Source: Desulfobacterales bacterium | GTDB lineage: Bacteria > Desulfobacterota > Desulfobacteria > Desulfobacterales > UBA5852 | NCBI GenBank assembly: GCA_963674755.2 | Contig: CAXXVS010000003.1 | Coordinates: 2,144,001-2,208,000, forward strand | Reading direction: 5' to 3' | DNA length: 64,000 nt | Made by a program: the position numbers and the translations under genes | The notes under the pieces: generated by a model | Databases searched by the model: none | The model's input: the letters and a program-made list of their open reading frames with translations, nothing else | What the model was told of the DNA's origin: nothing | Shown: positions 13,838 to 26,453 of the stretch, piece after piece | Position numbering within the stretch: position 1 is the first letter of the stretch | How the letters are laid out: each line of letters opens with the position of its first letter

Positions 13838-14458
13838 ATGGCTGTCGTAGACGTTCTCAATCAAACCGGAGAAAAGGTGGCCCAGACTGAACTGGCGGAT
13901 AGCTGCTTCAACATTGACGTCAAGCCGAGTGTCCTGCACGCGGTGGTCAAGATGCAGCTTGCCAACCGCCGGGCCGGCACGGCTTCCGTCAAGAATCGCA
14001 GTGATGTGAAAGGCAGCAGGCGTAAGCTTTTTCGCCAAAAAGGAACCGGCCGCGCCCGTCGCGGTGATGCCAATTCGCCGTTGTTGCGGGGAGGCGGTGT
14101 CGTATTCGGTCCGCATCCCAAAAGCTGGGCGATCAAAGTTCCCAAAAAAGTGCGGCGTTTAGCGCTTAAAATGGCGCTGAGCACCAAATTAAAGGGCGAA
14201 AATCTGATGGTTTTGAAGGACATCAGCCTTTCTGAAATCAAAACCAAAGCCTTTGCAGGACTGATGGCGGACCTGCAACTGAGCAACGCCCTGTTTATCA
14301 TCAACGAAAAAAACCTCAACATGGAGCTCTCCGCGCGCAACATCCCCGGGGTCAAAGTACTCCGCAGCGACGGATTGAATGTTTACGATATTTTGAAATA
14401 CCGCCATCTGGTATTGCTCGAGCCTTCAATCGAGCAGATTGAGGGGAGGCTGGCATGA
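13838..14458 (+). CDS. rplD: 50S ribosomal protein L4
   Basis: [25 protein letters not shown]. Confidence 0.98.
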   Translation: MAVVDVLNQTGEKVAQTELADSCFNIDVKPSVLHAVVKMQLANRRAGTASVKNRSDVKGSRRKLFRQKGTGRARRGDANSPLLRGGGVVFGPHPKSWAIKVPKKVRRLALKMALSTKLKGENLMVLKDISLSEIKTKAFAGLMADLQLSNALFIINEKNLNMELSARNIPGVKVLRSDGLNVYDILKYRHLVLLEPSIEQIEGRLA

Positions 14459-14742
14459 ATGCCTACAGTGTCATCAAAAGGCCGATCGTAACGGAAAAGA
14501 CAAGCATCCAGAAGGAAAAAGACAACCAGGTCACCTTCGAGGTTGATACGAATGCCAACCGTGTGCAGATTCGCAAAGCGGTCGAGGAAATCTTCAATGT
14601 ACACGTGGCGGGTGTCCGTACGGCCCATGTGCGCGGCAAATTCAAGCAGCGGGGACGCATTATCGGCAAACGACGGGATTGGAAAAAAGCTGTCGTGACG
14701 TTGATGCCCGGACAACGAATTGATTTTTTTGAAGGTGTTTAA
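14455..14742 (+). CDS. rplW: 50S ribosomal protein L23
   Basis: [14 protein letters not shown]. Confidence 0.97.
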   Translation: MNAYSVIKRPIVTEKTSIQKEKDNQVTFEVDTNANRVQIRKAVEEIFNVHVAGVRTAHVRGKFKQRGRIIGKRRDWKKAVVTLMPGQRIDFFEGV

Positions 14743-14756
14743 ACAGGGAGTTTACA

Positions 14757-15584
14757 ATGGCTGTTAGAAAGGTCAAACCCACATCCCCCGGCAGACGATT
14801 TCAGGCCTACGCGACCTTTGAGGAGGTTACACGCCGCCAGCCCGAAAAAAGTCTTTTGCGCGTGGTAAAAAAATCCGGCGGTCGCAATGCCAATGGACGC
14901 ATTACCGCCCGCCACCGTGGCGGCGGCCATAAGCGTCATTACCGCTTGGTCGATTTCAAGCGCGACAAGATTGATATCCCGGCCCGCGTAGCGGAGATCG
15001 AATACGATCCCAATCGCTCGGCGCGTATCGCCCTGCTGCACTATGCTGATGGCGAGAAACGTTATATTCTGGCGCCACGCCATCTTCAGGTCAACGACCA
15101 GGTCATTTCTAGCGAAAATGCCGATATCAAGCCCGGCAATACGCTGCCGCTGAAAAATATCCCTTTGGGCACGCACGTTCATAACATTGAACTGCGTCTC
15201 GGCAAAGGAGGGCAAATCGTCCGCAGTGCCGGTACTTATGCCCAGCTCATGGCCAAGGAAGAGCCGTATGCCCTGATCAAGTTGCCATCCGGTGAAGTGC
15301 GCATGGTGCTGTCCAACTGCAAGGCCACCATCGGGCAGTTGGGTAATGTCACCCATGAAAATACGGCGCTGGGCAAAGCCGGACGCCGCCGCTGGCTGGG
15401 TCGCCGACCCAGTGTACGCGGTGTCGCCATGAACCCCATCGATCACCCCATGGGAGGCGGTGAGGGACGCTCATCAGGTGGGCGCCATCCCTGCAGCCCT
15501 TGGGGAATGCCAACCAAGGGATATAAGACGCGCAAGAACAAGCGTACAGACCGTTATATCGTCAAGCGGCGGTCGAAACGATAA
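14757..15584 (+). CDS. rplB: 50S ribosomal protein L2
   Basis: [29 protein letters not shown]. Confidence 0.99.
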   Translation: MAVRKVKPTSPGRRFQAYATFEEVTRRQPEKSLLRVVKKSGGRNANGRITARHRGGGHKRHYRLVDFKRDKIDIPARVAEIEYDPNRSARIALLHYADGEKRYILAPRHLQVNDQVISSENADIKPGNTLPLKNIPLGTHVHNIELRLGKGGQIVRSAGTYAQLMAKEEPYALIKLPSGEVRMVLSNCKATIGQLGNVTHENTALGKAGRRRWLGRRPSVRGVAMNPIDHPMGGGEGRSSGGRHPCSPWGMPTKGYKTRKNKRTDRYIVKRRSKR

Positions 15585-15656
15585 TCGCCCCATGGGCAAT
15601 CCGGGGGGTGCGCTAAGCGCAAGCCTCGCGTCGCAACAGAAGGTTCAGGAGATACT

Positions 15657-15938
15657 ATGCCACGATCGCTGAAAAAGGGCCCGTTCATCGAGGATAAATT
15701 GATGAAGAAGGTGGTGCAGGCTCAGGAAACACGCAATGCGCGCGTCATCAAGACCTGGAGCCGGCGGTCTACCATTATTCCCGAAATGGTGGGACTGACC
15801 CTGGCCGTGCACAATGGGCGCAAGTTTATTCCGGTTTTTGTTTCGGAAAATATGGTTGGTCACAAACTGGGCGAGTTTTCTCCGACTCGCACCTTTTATG
15901 GCCATGCCGGTGATAAAAAGTCTAAACTTAAGAAGTAA
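15657..15938 (+). CDS. rpsS: 30S ribosomal protein S19
   Basis: [21 protein letters not shown]. Confidence 0.98.
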   Translation: MPRSLKKGPFIEDKLMKKVVQAQETRNARVIKTWSRRSTIIPEMVGLTLAVHNGRKFIPVFVSENMVGHKLGEFSPTRTFYGHAGDKKSKLKK

Positions 15939-15961
15939 CATATAGAAAAGGGATGGCTCCA

Positions 15962-16300
15962 ATGGAGGTTAGAGCGGTTGCTAAATATATGCGTATCTCG
16001 CCCAACAAGGTCCGCATGCTTTCGGGCGCGGTGAAGGGTAAGCCGGTCGAAAAGGGCATCGAGGCACTCAGATTCATGCCGCAAAAAGCGGCCGGCATTC
16101 TGGAAAAGATCGTTTCGGCCGCGGTGGCGAATGCAGATCAGAACCCGGATATCGATGTCGACGCACTGGTGATTCGCAATGTTATTGTCGACGGGGGGCC
16201 GACCCTGAAGCGCTTTCGTGCGCGGGCGCGTGGTCGTGGCACACGAATTCTTAAAAGAACTAGCCATATTACGGTCATTTTAGCCGACGAATCGGTTTAA
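15962..16300 (+). CDS. rplV: 50S ribosomal protein L22
   Basis: [22 protein letters not shown]; alternative start 15953. Confidence 0.97.
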   Translation: MEVRAVAKYMRISPNKVRMLSGAVKGKPVEKGIEALRFMPQKAAGILEKIVSAAVANADQNPDIDVDALVIRNVIVDGGPTLKRFRARARGRGTRILKRTSHITVILADESV

Positions 16301-16317
16301 AAAGAGGAGGTACGGCC

Positions 16318-16971
16318 TTGGGTCAGAAAGTAAATCCCATCGGGTTAAGATTGGGTATTGTTAAAACCTGGGAATCTCGTTGGTACGCCGGCAAGCAATA
16401 CGCCGAATATATTCTGGAAGATCATAAAATTCGGCGCTTCGTGAAAAAGAAACTATACCATGCCGGTGTTTCCAGAATTGAGATCGAGCGCTCTTCCCGG
16501 AGAATCCGTTTGCGGATTTACACCTCGCGGCCCGGGATTGTGATCGGCAAAAAGGGTTCCGAGATTTCCCAACTCAAGACTGCCGTAGAAAAGTTAACCG
16601 CTCATGAAGTTCTGATCGATATTCAGGAAGTCCGCAAACCCGAGATCAACGCCCAACTGGTGGCCGAAAACGTGGCCATGCAGATCGAGCGGCGGGTGGC
16701 CTTCCGGCGCGCAATGAAGCGGGCCGTCACATCGGCCATGCGGTTCGGCGCACAGGGGATCAAAATTGCTGCCGGCGGCCGTTTGGGAGGCGCGGAAATG
16801 GCCCGCTCGGAATGGTATCGCGAAGGGCGGGTTCCCCTGCATACTTTGCGTGCCGATATCGACTACGGATTTGCTGAAGCCCGAACGACCTATGGTATCA
16901 TTGGCATCAAGGTCTTTATATTTAAAGGTGAGATTCTGAAGAAGGATGCGGTTGCCCAGGGCAGCCATTAA
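16318..16971 (+). CDS. rpsC: 30S ribosomal protein S3
   Basis: [29 protein letters not shown] start. Confidence 0.98.
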   Translation: MGQKVNPIGLRLGIVKTWESRWYAGKQYAEYILEDHKIRRFVKKKLYHAGVSRIEIERSSRRIRLRIYTSRPGIVIGKKGSEISQLKTAVEKLTAHEVLIDIQEVRKPEINAQLVAENVAMQIERRVAFRRAMKRAVTSAMRFGAQGIKIAAGGRLGGAEMARSEWYREGRVPLHTLRADIDYGFAEARTTYGIIGIKVFIFKGEILKKDAVAQGSH

Positions 16972-16989
16972 GCCACAGGAGATGCGGAC

Positions 16990-17406
16990 ATGCTCAGTCC
17001 CAAGAAGGTTAAATTCCGAAAGCAGCAGAAAGGCAGGATGCGGGGCATCGCGCGTCGCGGATCCGATCTCGCCTTCGGTGAATACGGATTGCAGGCCGTC
17101 GAGTGCGGTAAACTCAGTTCCAAACAGATTGAAGCCGCTCGAATAGCCATGACGCGTCATGTCAAAAGAGGCGGGAAAATGTGGATTCGCATTTTTCCGG
17201 ACAAACCGTTTACCAAAAAACCTGCCGAAGTCCGAATGGGTAAGGGTAAAGGCGCACCGGAAGGTTGGGTGGCCGTTATCAAACCCGGACGCATCCTTTA
17301 CGAAATGCAGGGGGTGACCCGCGAAATGGCCAAAGAAGCACTGCGGCTTGCTTCTCACAAACTTAGCGTGAAGACCCGCTTTGTCGAGAGGAGTGAAATA
17401 TCATGA
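16990..17406 (+). CDS. rplP: 50S ribosomal protein L16
   Basis: [15 protein letters not shown]. Confidence 0.98.
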   Translation: MLSPKKVKFRKQQKGRMRGIARRGSDLAFGEYGLQAVECGKLSSKQIEAARIAMTRHVKRGGKMWIRIFPDKPFTKKPAEVRMGKGKGAPEGWVAVIKPGRILYEMQGVTREMAKEALRLASHKLSVKTRFVERSEIS

Positions 17407-17615
17407 AGCCAAACGAATTTCGGGATATGAGCCCTGAAGAACGCGGACAGAAGCTGGTGGAAATGCATGAAGCCTTTTTCAATCTGCGCTTCCAGCATGA
17501 AACCGGACAGCTGGAAAATCCGCAGAAACTCAAACAGGCCAGGCGCGATATCGCCCGTATCCAGACCATCATTCGTGAGATGGAATTAAACCCAAACCCT
17601 ACAAGTGAATCCTAA
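17403..17615 (+). CDS. rpmC: 50S ribosomal protein L29
   Basis: [23 protein letters not shown]. Confidence 0.96.
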   Translation: MKPNEFRDMSPEERGQKLVEMHEAFFNLRFQHETGQLENPQKLKQARRDIARIQTIIREMELNPNPTSES

Positions 17616-17881
17616 TGGCGATGATGAATACTCGAAGTAGTAAACGACAAGTGGTTGGGACGGTTGTCAGCGATAAGATGGACAAAACCGTGGTCGTGGT
17701 AGTCGAGCGGTTGGTGAAGCACCGTCTCTATCACAAATATATTCGGAGAAGAGCCAAATTCTCCGCACACGACGAAGCCAACAACTGCCAGGTCGGCGAC
17801 AAGGTGATGATTACCGAGTCCCGCCCCCTAAGCAAAACGAAAAAGTGGCGGGTCAGCAAAATCATCGAGAAGGCGGTTTGA
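17615..17881 (+). CDS. rpsQ: 30S ribosomal protein S17
   Basis: [22 protein letters not shown]. Confidence 0.97.
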   Translation: MAMMNTRSSKRQVVGTVVSDKMDKTVVVVVERLVKHRLYHKYIRRRAKFSAHDEANNCQVGDKVMITESRPLSKTKKWRVSKIIEKAV

Positions 17882-17900
17882 TCGTAAAGGATAATCGACA

Positions 17901-18269
17901 ATGATTCAGGCAGAAACAAAGCTAACTGTGGCAGACAATTCCGGGGCGAAAAAGCTTTACTGTATCAAAGTTCTCGGTGGATCCCGAAGGCGTTATGCCA
18001 GCGTCGGAGACATCATCGTCGTTTCCGTCAAGGAGGCGATTCCCAACGCCAAGGTCAAGAAAGGCGATGTTCTCAAAGCGGTCGTGGTCCGTACCAAGAA
18101 AGAAATCCGGCGTATCGACGGATCTTTCATTCGCTTTGACGACAATTCCGCCGTTTTGGTCAACACCAATCGCGAACCTGTCGGAACGCGTATTTTCGGC
18201 CCGGTGGCCCGCGAACTGCGCACCAAAGGGTTCATGAAAATCGTTTCCTTAGCACCTGAAGTTTTATAA
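17901..18269 (+). CDS. rplN: 50S ribosomal protein L14
   Basis: [26 protein letters not shown]. Confidence 0.99.
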   Translation: MIQAETKLTVADNSGAKKLYCIKVLGGSRRRYASVGDIIVVSVKEAIPNAKVKKGDVLKAVVVRTKKEIRRIDGSFIRFDDNSAVLVNTNREPVGTRIFGPVARELRTKGFMKIVSLAPEVL

Positions 18270-18299
18270 GTGATTCTGCCCTTGCGGAGAGCGATACCC

Positions 18300-18629
18300 A
18301 TGGTCAAGACAAAATGCCATTTGAAAAAAGACGATAAGGTCAAGATCATTGCCGGCAAAGATTATGGCAAAATCGGCAAGATCCTAAAGATTAACAAGAA
18401 GAAAGCGCGCGTTTTGGTTGAGAACATCAACATCGTTAAGCGGCACCAGCGGCCATCCGCCACCAACCGGCAAGGCGGGATCGTTGAAAGCGAGGCCCCT
18501 ATTCCCTGGTCCAATGTCATGCTGATGTGCAACAAATGTATGAAGCCGGTGCGCATCTCCATGAAGCGTCTGGAGGATGGCAAAAAGGTGCGCTTCTGCA
18601 ACAAATGTGAGGAACTCATCGATAGTTAA
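18300..18629 (+). CDS. rplX: 50S ribosomal protein L24
   Basis: KOW motif [12 protein letters not shown]; two CxxC pairs; ATG at 18300. Confidence 0.96.
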   Translation: MVKTKCHLKKDDKVKIIAGKDYGKIGKILKINKKKARVLVENINIVKRHQRPSATNRQGGIVESEAPIPWSNVMLMCNKCMKPVRISMKRLEDGKKVRFCNKCEELIDS

Positions 18630-18653
18630 CAGATGAGTTGCCGGAGGAGTGAC

Positions 18654-19193
18654 ATGTCTCAGCTGATGCAGGTTTACCAAGAAGAAGTCATCCCCAAGCT
18701 GACGGAGACCTTTGGCTATAAAAACGCCATGCAGGTGCCGAAGCTCAAAAAGATCGTTTTGAACATGGGGCTGGGCGAAGCCATTCAAAATATCAAGTTG
18801 CTGGATTCCGCCGTTGAGGAGCTAAAGGTGATTTCGGGGCAAAAACCCGTCATCACACGGGCCAAACGATCCATTGCCGCTTTCAAGCTGCGCGAAGGAA
18901 TGCCGATCGGTTGCATGGTAACGGTTCGCCGTGAAAAGATGTACGACTTTTTCTCCAAACTGGTTAATATCGCATTGCCGCGCGTACGCGATTTTCGCGG
19001 CATCTCCGGGAAAGCGTTCGACGGACGGGGAAATTACTCGCTGGGTATTAAGGAGCAGTTAATTTTTCCCGAAATCGATTACGATAAGATTGATAAAATC
19101 AAAGGGTTGAACATCACCATCGTCACATCGGCCGAGACGGATGAAGAAGGTAAAGTGCTGCTGAAGCTCATGGGTATGCCTTTTCGCAACTAG
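18654..19193 (+). CDS. rplE: 50S ribosomal protein L5
   Basis: [28 protein letters not shown] after GGAGG. Confidence 0.98.
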   Translation: MSQLMQVYQEEVIPKLTETFGYKNAMQVPKLKKIVLNMGLGEAIQNIKLLDSAVEELKVISGQKPVITRAKRSIAAFKLREGMPIGCMVTVRREKMYDFFSKLVNIALPRVRDFRGISGKAFDGRGNYSLGIKEQLIFPEIDYDKIDKIKGLNITIVTSAETDEEGKVLLKLMGMPFRN

Positions 19194-19243
19194 CAAACGG
19201 AACGATAGGTGGCGGTTAGAATGCTGTCCACAAGGAGGACAAG

Positions 19244-19429
19244 TTGGCAAAAACATCACTCAGAATGAAGGCCCAACGAAAGCCAAAATTTGGTGTGCGT
19301 GCGTATAATCGTTGCCCCGTGTGCGGTCGGCCAAGAGCCTTTATGAGAAAATTCGGGATTTGTCGAATCTGCTTCCGTGATATGGCCTCCCAGGGAAAGC
19401 TCCCGGGCGTGACCAAATCCAGCTGGTAA
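19244..19429 (+). CDS. rpsN: 30S ribosomal protein S14, zinc-binding (type Z) form
   Basis: 61 aa; RCPVCGRPR...CRICFR; TTG start. Confidence 0.97.
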   Translation: MAKTSLRMKAQRKPKFGVRAYNRCPVCGRPRAFMRKFGICRICFRDMASQGKLPGVTKSSW

Positions 19430-19493
19430 ACAGTGGTTTCGGAGATTCTGCGAATCCAATCGGACTACAGGTAGAGATAAACGGAGATCAAAA

Positions 19494-19892
19494 ATGGCGA
19501 TAAGCGATCCCATTGCGGATATGTTAACCCGAATCAGGAATGCTGCGAAAGCCAAATTCAACAGCGCCGATGTGCCGGCATCGAAGCTCAAGACGGAATT
19601 GGCCCGGGTCTTGAAGGACGAAGGTTATATTAAAAACTATAAGTTCATTCAGGACGGGAAGCAGGGTGTTCTGCGGATTTATCTCAAATATGGACCGGGT
19701 CAAAAGGCGACGATCTATGGGATTGAACGCGTCAGCAAACCCAGCCGCCGTGTCTACACTAAAAGCAAAGACATCAAACCGGTTTACAACGGTATGGGGA
19801 TCTCCATTCTGTCGACCTCACGCGGCATCATGACAGACAAGAAGGCCCGGCAGGAAAACGTCGGAGGCGAAGTCCTCTGCAATATCTGGTAA
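19494..19892 (+). CDS. rpsH: 30S ribosomal protein S8
   Basis: DPIADMLTRIRN, SKPSRRVY, GGEVLC. Confidence 0.98.
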   Translation: MAISDPIADMLTRIRNAAKAKFNSADVPASKLKTELARVLKDEGYIKNYKFIQDGKQGVLRIYLKYGPGQKATIYGIERVSKPSRRVYTKSKDIKPVYNGMGISILSTSRGIMTDKKARQENVGGEVLCNIW

Positions 19893-19906
19893 TAAGGGGA
19901 ACGACG

Positions 19907-20446
19907 ATGTCTCGAGTTGGTAAAAAACCGATTCCGATTCCCGAGAAAGTGCAGGTCAGCCTCCAAGATCGGCTGATCACCGTCAAGGGCAGCAAGGGCA
20001 CTCTCTCGCGGACCATCCACGATGCGGTGGATCTGAAAATTGCGGACGGCATGATCAAAGTCCAGGCCACATCCCAAAACAAGAAGAACGTCGCCTTGCA
20101 GGGGCTTACCCGCAGTCTCGTCGACAACATGGTCACCGGGGTGGACAAAGGCTTTGAACGCGTCCTGGAGATCAATGGGATAGGCTATCGGGCGGAAGTC
20201 AAGGGCAACACCCTGGTGCTGAATCTAGGGTATTCCAACCCGGTCAATTACGAGCTTCCCAAGGATGTCTCAGCCAGTGTCGACAAGAACACGATTATCA
20301 AGCTGGCCTGCATCGACAAGGAAGTTCTCGGTCAAACGGCCGCCACCATCAGAGAGTTGCGACCGCCCGAACCTTACAAGGGCAAAGGCATCAAATACGC
20401 TGAGGAACGCATCATCCGCAAGGCTGGCAAAACCGGAACCAAGTAA
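19907..20446 (+). CDS. rplF: 50S ribosomal protein L6
   Basis: MSRVGKKPI, RPPEPYKGKGI. Confidence 0.98.
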   Translation: MSRVGKKPIPIPEKVQVSLQDRLITVKGSKGTLSRTIHDAVDLKIADGMIKVQATSQNKKNVALQGLTRSLVDNMVTGVDKGFERVLEINGIGYRAEVKGNTLVLNLGYSNPVNYELPKDVSASVDKNTIIKLACIDKEVLGQTAATIRELRPPEPYKGKGIKYAEERIIRKAGKTGTK

Positions 20447-20493
20447 GCGGACGTAACGAATGTTTCCGCTCATCGAGATAAGGACTTGAACAA

Positions 20494-20862
20494 ATGGGTG
20501 CGACAGAACCGACACGGCTGGCACGTATAAAACGTAGACGGCGTATCCGTAAACGAATCAAAGGTACCACGGGCAGACCGCGGCTCTGCGTTTTTCGCAG
20601 CGCCAAGCATATTTATGCGCAAATCATCGACGACACCCGAGGCCTGACCCTGGTTTCCGCTTCGAGTACCGAAGTTGACACCAGGCAGAAAGAGAAATTC
20701 GAAAACAAGATTGCTCTGGCGACCTTCATCGGGAAACAGGTTGGCGAGCGGGCCCGGGAAAAAGGGATCCAAAAGGTCGTTTTCGACCGCAACGGCTTCC
20801 TCTACCACGGGCGCGTGAAAGCCGTTTCCGAGGGTGCCCGAGAATCCGGGCTTGAGTTCTAG
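20494..20862 (+). CDS. rplR: 50S ribosomal protein L18
   Basis: [21 protein letters not shown]. Confidence 0.98.
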   Translation: MGATEPTRLARIKRRRRIRKRIKGTTGRPRLCVFRSAKHIYAQIIDDTRGLTLVSASSTEVDTRQKEKFENKIALATFIGKQVGERAREKGIQKVVFDRNGFLYHGRVKAVSEGARESGLEF

Positions 20863-20892
20863 TCCTTACCATCGCTTGAAGGAGGCAGTCCT

Positions 20893-21390
20893 TTGTTCAA
20901 ACAAGAAACAGCTGAGAATCAATTCATCGATAAAGTCGTCCACATCAACCGGGTCGCCAAGGTTGTCAAAGGCGGGCGGCGTTTCAGTTTCAGTGCCATT
21001 GTCGTGGTCGGTGACGGACAGGGATCGGTCGGCTTCGGGTTGGGCAAAGCCGGCGAGGTGCCGGAAGCGATTCGCAAAGGTGTTGAAAAAGCTAAAAAGA
21101 ATATGATTCAGGTTCCGCTTAAAGAAGGTACCATTCCCTACGAAGTCATCGGAAGGTTCGGCGCAGGGCGTGTGCTACTGAAACCGGCCTCCCAAGGGAC
21201 TGGTGTCATCGCCGGTGGAGCGGTACGCGCGGTACTGGAAGCCGTCGGGATCCAAAATATTTTGACCAAGTGCATGGGATCGCACAATCCCCATAATGTC
21301 GTCAAGGCGACGCTGGCCGGACTCGAGATGCTCGAAAGTCCGAAAGATGTTGCCGCGCGCCGCGGCAAGAGCATCGACGAGCTGCAGTAA
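20893..21390 (+). CDS. rpsE: 30S ribosomal protein S5
   Basis: [23 protein letters not shown] start. Confidence 0.98.
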   Translation: MFKQETAENQFIDKVVHINRVAKVVKGGRRFSFSAIVVVGDGQGSVGFGLGKAGEVPEAIRKGVEKAKKNMIQVPLKEGTIPYEVIGRFGAGRVLLKPASQGTGVIAGGAVRAVLEAVGIQNILTKCMGSHNPHNVVKATLAGLEMLESPKDVAARRGKSIDELQ

Positions 21391-21402
21391 GGAGTTCAAT
21401 CC

Positions 21403-21591
21403 ATGGCAGAGAAACTCAAGATAACCCTTGTAAAGAGTATGGTCGGAAGACCCGCAAAGCACCGTAAAGTTCTGCGCGGCATGGGGCTCACAAAGATGAA
21501 CAAAACGGTTGAGCTGATGGATACGCCGGAGATTCGCGGCATGGTGCATAAGGTATCTCATCTGGTTCAAACGGAGGAGAGCAATTCATGA
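21403..21591 (+). CDS. rpmD: 50S ribosomal protein L30
   Basis: KITLVKS, RGMVHKVSHLV. Confidence 0.96.
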   Translation: MAEKLKITLVKSMVGRPAKHRKVLRGMGLTKMNKTVELMDTPEIRGMVHKVSHLVQTEESNS

Positions 21592-22028
21592 AACTCAACG
21601 AACTTTCGCCGGCGAAGGGATCCAAGCGACCGCGCCAGCGCATCGGACGAGGCGTTGCCTCCGGTTGGGGGAAGACCGCCGGCCGTGGTAGCAAAGGACA
21701 GGGCGCCCGATCAGGCGGCGGTGTCCGGCCGGGATATGAGGGCGGGCAGATGCCGATCCATCGGCGCCTGCCGAAACGCGGCTTCACCAACCTTTTTAAA
21801 AAGAATTTGGCCATCCTCAACATCCGCGATCTAGCGCGTTTTGAAAGCGGGGCCACCGTTGATGAAGTGGAACTCGTCAAATGCGGCCTGGTTAAAGGGA
21901 CCCACGACGGGATCAAATTATTGGGGCAGGGCGATATCGATTTTCCTCTTCAAATCAAGGTGAATGCGATTAGCAAAAGCGCGCAGGAAAAGATCGTGGC
22001 CGCCGGCGGAACAGTCGAGGTTTTGTAA
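21588..22028 (+). CDS. rplO: 50S ribosomal protein L15
   Basis: GKTAGRGSKGQ, EGGQMP..RRLPKRGF. Confidence 0.98.
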   Translation: MKLNELSPAKGSKRPRQRIGRGVASGWGKTAGRGSKGQGARSGGGVRPGYEGGQMPIHRRLPKRGFTNLFKKNLAILNIRDLARFESGATVDEVELVKCGLVKGTHDGIKLLGQGDIDFPLQIKVNAISKSAQEKIVAAGGTVEVL

Positions 22029-23321
22029 ATGGTTGGCAGCGGGTTCCAGAACATATTCAAGATTCCCGAATTGAAAAAGCGCATCCTCTTTACCCTGGGG
22101 CTGCTCGTGGTCTATCGTGTCGGTGTCAATGTCCCGGTGCCGGGAATCGACAGCGCGGCGCTTGCCGAAATATTCAACCGCTTCAGGAGTGTTCTGGGCA
22201 TTGTCGATCTCTTCTCAGGAGGCGCCTTAGAGCGTTTTTCGATTTTTGCGCTGGGCATTATGCCCTACATCAGTTCCTCGATTATTCTACAATTGCTTAC
22301 GGTGGTGATTCCCCATCTGGAGCGATTGTCCAAAGAGGGGGAGCAGGGGCGCAAGAAGATTACCCAGTACACGCGCTATGGAACGGTTCTGCTCAGTGTT
22401 ATCCAGGGCTTCGGCATCAGCTACGGTCTGGTTCAAGGCGGTGCGAATGCCATTCCGGCCGCCGTTTTTATCCCGTTGACGGTCATTACCCTGACCGCGG
22501 GAACGGCGTTCATCATGTGGCTGGGCGAACAGATTACCGAGCGGGGCATCGGCAACGGTATCTCGCTGATCATTTTTGCCGGTATCGTCGCACGGGCGCC
22601 GGCGGCCATCGGTGCCACCGTGGAGCTGCTGCGGTCCGGGACCATGAATATTTTCCTGATACTGATTCTGCTGGTCTTCATGGCCATCGTGGTGGCCTTT
22701 ATTATCTTTGTCGAGCAGGGGCAGCGACGGATTCCCGTGCAATACGCCAAACGTGTGGTGGGGCGCCGCCTTTATGGCGGACAGAGTACCCATCTGCCAT
22801 TGAAAATCAATCAGTCCGGCGTTATTCCCCCGATTTTCGCTTCGTCGATTATCATGTTTCCGGCGACGGTGGCCAGCTTCATCGAGTTGCCGATTATGCA
22901 AACCATTGCCGACACGTTGCGGCCCGGCAACATCTGGTATGAGTTGCTCTTTATCGGCTTTATCTTTTTCTTTTGCTATTTTTACACAGCGGTGACCTTC
23001 AATGTTGTGGATGTGGCCGACAATATGAAAAAGCAGGGCGGATTTATTCCGGGAATTCGGCCGGGCAAACGTACCGCGGATTACATCGACAAAGTGCTAA
23101 CGCGAATTACACTGGGGGGGGCCATCTATGTCTCGGCGGTTTGCGTTCTGCCTTCGGTGCTGATCACGAGGTTCAACGTACCCTTTTATTTCGGCGGCAC
23201 GGCGCTCCTGATCGTCGTGGGGGTCGCCATTGACACGATCGCCCAGATCGAATCGCACATGCTGACCCGTCATTACGAGGGTTTCTTGAAAAAGGCCGGG
23301 CCAACCGTCCGCAGTCGTTAA
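22029..23321 (+). CDS. secY: Preprotein translocase subunit SecY
   Basis: [38 protein letters not shown]. Confidence 0.99.
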   Translation: MVGSGFQNIFKIPELKKRILFTLGLLVVYRVGVNVPVPGIDSAALAEIFNRFRSVLGIVDLFSGGALERFSIFALGIMPYISSSIILQLLTVVIPHLERLSKEGEQGRKKITQYTRYGTVLLSVIQGFGISYGLVQGGANAIPAAVFIPLTVITLTAGTAFIMWLGEQITERGIGNGISLIIFAGIVARAPAAIGATVELLRSGTMNIFLILILLVFMAIVVAFIIFVEQGQRRIPVQYAKRVVGRRLYGGQSTHLPLKINQSGVIPPIFASSIIMFPATVASFIELPIMQTIADTLRPGNIWYELLFIGFIFFFCYFYTAVTFNVVDVADNMKKQGGFIPGIRPGKRTADYIDKVLTRITLGGAIYVSAVCVLPSVLITRFNVPFYFGGTALLIVVGVAIDTIAQIESHMLTRHYEGFLKKAGPTVRSR

Positions 23322-23416
23322 GGGCGGCCAATGCACCCGAAGGCAAACCACGGGCGACATCAAACAAGGCGATTGACAACACATCGATCTTGCAGGAACG
23401 GATAGCGGGGACGCAA

Positions 23417-23635
23417 ATGGCGAAAGAGGAAGCGATCAAAGTCGAGGGCACGGTTCTGGAGACGTTGCCGAATGCGATGTTCAAGGTGGAACTTGAAAAT
23501 GGCCACAAAGTATTGGCGCATATATCCGGCAAGATGCGGATGCATTTTATCAAGATTCTACCGGGCGATACCGTCACGGTAGAGCTTTCACCATATGATT
23601 TGAGCAGGGGCCGTATTACTTACCGGTCCAAATAA
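23417..23635 (+). CDS. infA: Translation initiation factor IF-1
   Basis: [23 protein letters not shown]. Confidence 0.98.
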   Translation: MAKEEAIKVEGTVLETLPNAMFKVELENGHKVLAHISGKMRMHFIKILPGDTVTVELSPYDLSRGRITYRSK

Positions 23636-23705
23636 GCCGGATGGCGACAACACAGCATCAAGGCATCCGGCTTAGGGGCCGGTCTGATGATGAGGAGCAG
23701 GTAAC

Positions 23706-23819
23706 ATGAAAGTCAGGGCATCCGTAAAAAAAATGTGCAGTAAATGCAAAATCATCCGCCGCAAAGGCGTCGTGCGTGTGATTTGCGAAAACAAACGGCA
23801 TAAACAACGTCAGGGATAG
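23706..23819 (+). CDS. rpmJ: 50S ribosomal protein L36 (too short for the ORF track)
   Basis: Manual translation [37 protein letters not shown]. Confidence 0.97.
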   Translation: MKVRASVKKMCSKCKIIRRKGVVRVICENKRHKQRQG

Positions 23820-23832
23820 AGGAGGAGCAGCA

Positions 23833-24216
23833 TTGGCACGAATTGCGGGCGTAGATTTACCAAAAAATAAGCGGGTGGAAATCGGCCTGACGTATATTTA
23901 CGGGATTGGACGCACGACTTCGCGCGAAATTCTCGCAAAGCTGGATATCAGCCCAGATACCAAGACGGATGCGCTTACGGAGTCCGAAGTCAACAACATC
24001 CGCAAGATGATTGATGAGGCCTACCGTGTGGAAGGTGAGCTGCGGTCTGAAATCGCAATGAATATCAAGCGGTTGATGGATTTGGGATGCTATCGCGGGT
24101 TGCGCCACCGCAAGGGGCTGCCGGTGAATGGGCAGCGCACCAGCACGAACGCCAGAACCCGTAAAGGACCCAAGCGGGCCGCTGTTAAGAAAAAGGGCGG
24201 CGCCAAGAAGAAGTAA
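23833..24216 (+). CDS. rpsM: 30S ribosomal protein S13
   Basis: [24 protein letters not shown] start. Confidence 0.98.
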   Translation: MARIAGVDLPKNKRVEIGLTYIYGIGRTTSREILAKLDISPDTKTDALTESEVNNIRKMIDEAYRVEGELRSEIAMNIKRLMDLGCYRGLRHRKGLPVNGQRTSTNARTRKGPKRAAVKKKGGAKKK

Positions 24217-24243
24217 TGCATCAGCCTACAGGGATTAGAATAA

Positions 24244-24630
24244 ATGCCTAAAAAGACCCGTATCAAGAAAAAAGTCAAAAAGAATATTTCGACCGGCGTC
24301 GTCCATATCCAGTCGACCTTCAATAATACGATCATTACGATTACCGACGCCATGGGCAATGCCGTGGCGTGGTCCAGCGCTGGCCTCCAGGGATTCAAAG
24401 GATCGCGGAAAAGCACGCCATTTGCCGCCCAGTTGGCAGCCCAGGATGCCGCCAAGAAGGCGCAGGAACATGGCATGAAAACGGTGGAAGTCTATGTCAA
24501 GGGTCCGGGACCCGGAAGGGAATCGGCGTTGCGCGCCCTCCAGGCCTCCGGTTTTAACGTGACCATGATCAAAGATGTCACACCGGTACCCCATAACGGC
24601 TGCCGCCCGCCCAAAAGACGCCGCGTATAA
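24244..24630 (+). CDS. rpsK: 30S ribosomal protein S11
   Basis: [26 protein letters not shown]. Confidence 0.99.
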   Translation: MPKKTRIKKKVKKNISTGVVHIQSTFNNTIITITDAMGNAVAWSSAGLQGFKGSRKSTPFAAQLAAQDAAKKAQEHGMKTVEVYVKGPGPGRESALRALQASGFNVTMIKDVTPVPHNGCRPPKRRRV

Positions 24631-24684
24631 ATTCTGTTGCTGCAACGCAAAGTTACCGTCCGCTAGGACGTAAAGGAGGATATC

Positions 24685-25314
24685 TTGGCACGATACACCG
24701 GTTCCGTTTGTCGGCTGTGCCGGCGAGAGAACATGAAGCTCTTCCTCAAGGGAGACCGATGTTTTTCTGATAAATGCGCTTTTGACCGCCGCGGCTATCC
24801 GCCCGGCCAGCATGGTGAACGGCGTGGACGCAAAATTTCTGATTATGGCATTCAGCTACGCGAAAAGCAGAAGGTCAAACGGATGTATGGTTTGACCGAA
24901 AAACAGTTTCGTCTGTTTTTCAAACGCGCCCATCAACAGAAAGGCATTACGGGTACCAACCTGCTGGTTATGCTAGAGCGCCGATTGGACAATCTGGTCT
25001 ACCGCATGGGTTTCGTGAATTCTCGTACCCAGGGACGCCATTTTGTGCGGCACAACCACTTTACGGTGAATGGCAAGAAAGTCAATATACCGTCCTTTCT
25101 CGTTAAATCGGGTGATATCGTTGAGGTGCGCGAAAAGAGCCGTGCGATTCAAGCCATCAGCGATTCCCTGGACGCCGTGGTCCGTCGCGGTGTTCCCCAG
25201 TGGATTGAATTGGAGAAGGAGGCCTTTCGGGGTATCGTCAAGGGTCTGCCCGTTCGCGAAGATCTGACCATGCCGATTCAGGAGCAACTCATCGTCGAGC
25301 TTTACACGAAATAG
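24685..25314 (+). CDS. rpsD: 30S ribosomal protein S4
   Basis: CRLCRRE..KC zinc form, [16 protein letters not shown] start. Confidence 0.98.
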   Translation: MARYTGSVCRLCRRENMKLFLKGDRCFSDKCAFDRRGYPPGQHGERRGRKISDYGIQLREKQKVKRMYGLTEKQFRLFFKRAHQQKGITGTNLLVMLERRLDNLVYRMGFVNSRTQGRHFVRHNHFTVNGKKVNIPSFLVKSGDIVEVREKSRAIQAISDSLDAVVRRGVPQWIELEKEAFRGIVKGLPVREDLTMPIQEQLIVELYTK

Positions 25315-25422
25315 CGCATTCAACCCTGCCAGCGAACACGCCCGTGGCGTTTTCCACATCATCCGGAAACGTCCGCCTGTGCAGGGAAATCTGCTATCCT
25401 CCCAACCATCTGGAGAAATAAC

Positions 25423-26445
25423 ATGTCGTCAAAAGACCTAATGTACATGAACTGGCAGCAAATGATTACGCCGGAGAAGGTCCAGGTAACCAGCGACGGA
25501 GTCTACGGAAAGTTCGTCTGCGAGCCGCTTGAGCGCGGGTTCGGGATCACGATTGGCAACTCGCTGCGGCGTATCATTCTGTCTTCGCTCTACGGTGCGG
25601 CGATTACATCGGTCAAGTTCGACTCGGTTATGCATGAGTTCAGCGTTGTTCCCGGCGTTTTTGAAGATGTTTCCGAAATTATCCTCAATCTCAAGTCGAT
25701 TCGCTTTAAAACCAAGGATGCCACACCCCGTCAGATTTTTATTTCCAAAAAGGTTGAAGGCCCGGTGACAGCGGCCGATATCATCAGCAAGGATGGCGCT
25801 TGTGAAGTTCTCAATCCCGACCTGCACATCGCCACTCTGACGTCAGAGGGGCAGCTGGAAATGGAGATGACGGTCAAGGTCGGTAAGGGCTACACCCTCT
25901 CGGAGCAGAACAAGGATGAAGACGCCCCCGTGGGAATGATCCCCATCGACGCCGTTTTTTCACCCATCAAGCGAGTCAATTACGTGGTCACCAACGCCCG
26001 CGTCGGCCAACGCACCGATTATGATAAACTGACTATGGAAGTCTGGACCGACAGCAGTGTGAAACCCGAGGACGCCGTGGCCTATGCGGCCAAAATCCTC
26101 AAAGAGCAAATGACCATCTTCATCAATTTCGATGAAAAGGCCGAGCCTTCTCCGGAAAAGCAGGCCCAAGACAGCGACGGCAGCGATTTCAACGAAAACC
26201 TTTATCGTAGCGTGGAGGAGCTCGAACTCTCCGTGCGCAGTGCCAACTGTCTTAAGAACGCTGATATTCACAAGATTTTCCAGCTTGTGAGCAAGACCGA
26301 AGCCGAAATGCTGAAAACCAAAAATTTCGGACGCAAGTCGCTGAATGAAATAAAAGAGGTTCTGTCGGAGATGGGCCTCGCTTTGGGGATGAAACTGGAT
26401 GGATTTACACCACCTGAAGAAGAAGAGGCCGAAGAAGGAGAGTAA
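25423..26445 (+). CDS. rpoA: RNA polymerase alpha subunit
   Basis: [38 protein letters not shown]. Confidence 0.99.
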   Translation: MSSKDLMYMNWQQMITPEKVQVTSDGVYGKFVCEPLERGFGITIGNSLRRIILSSLYGAAITSVKFDSVMHEFSVVPGVFEDVSEIILNLKSIRFKTKDATPRQIFISKKVEGPVTAADIISKDGACEVLNPDLHIATLTSEGQLEMEMTVKVGKGYTLSEQNKDEDAPVGMIPIDAVFSPIKRVNYVVTNARVGQRTDYDKLTMEVWTDSSVKPEDAVAYAAKILKEQMTIFINFDEKAEPSPEKQAQDSDGSDFNENLYRSVEELELSVRSANCLKNADIHKIFQLVSKTEAEMLKTKNFGRKSLNEIKEVLSEMGLALGMKLDGFTPPEEEEAEEGE

Positions 26446-26453
26446 TCGATCCT

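Noticed and set aside
18300..25314. CxxC motifs in L24, S14, L36 and S4
   Set aside because: Known zinc-binding forms of these ribosomal proteins.
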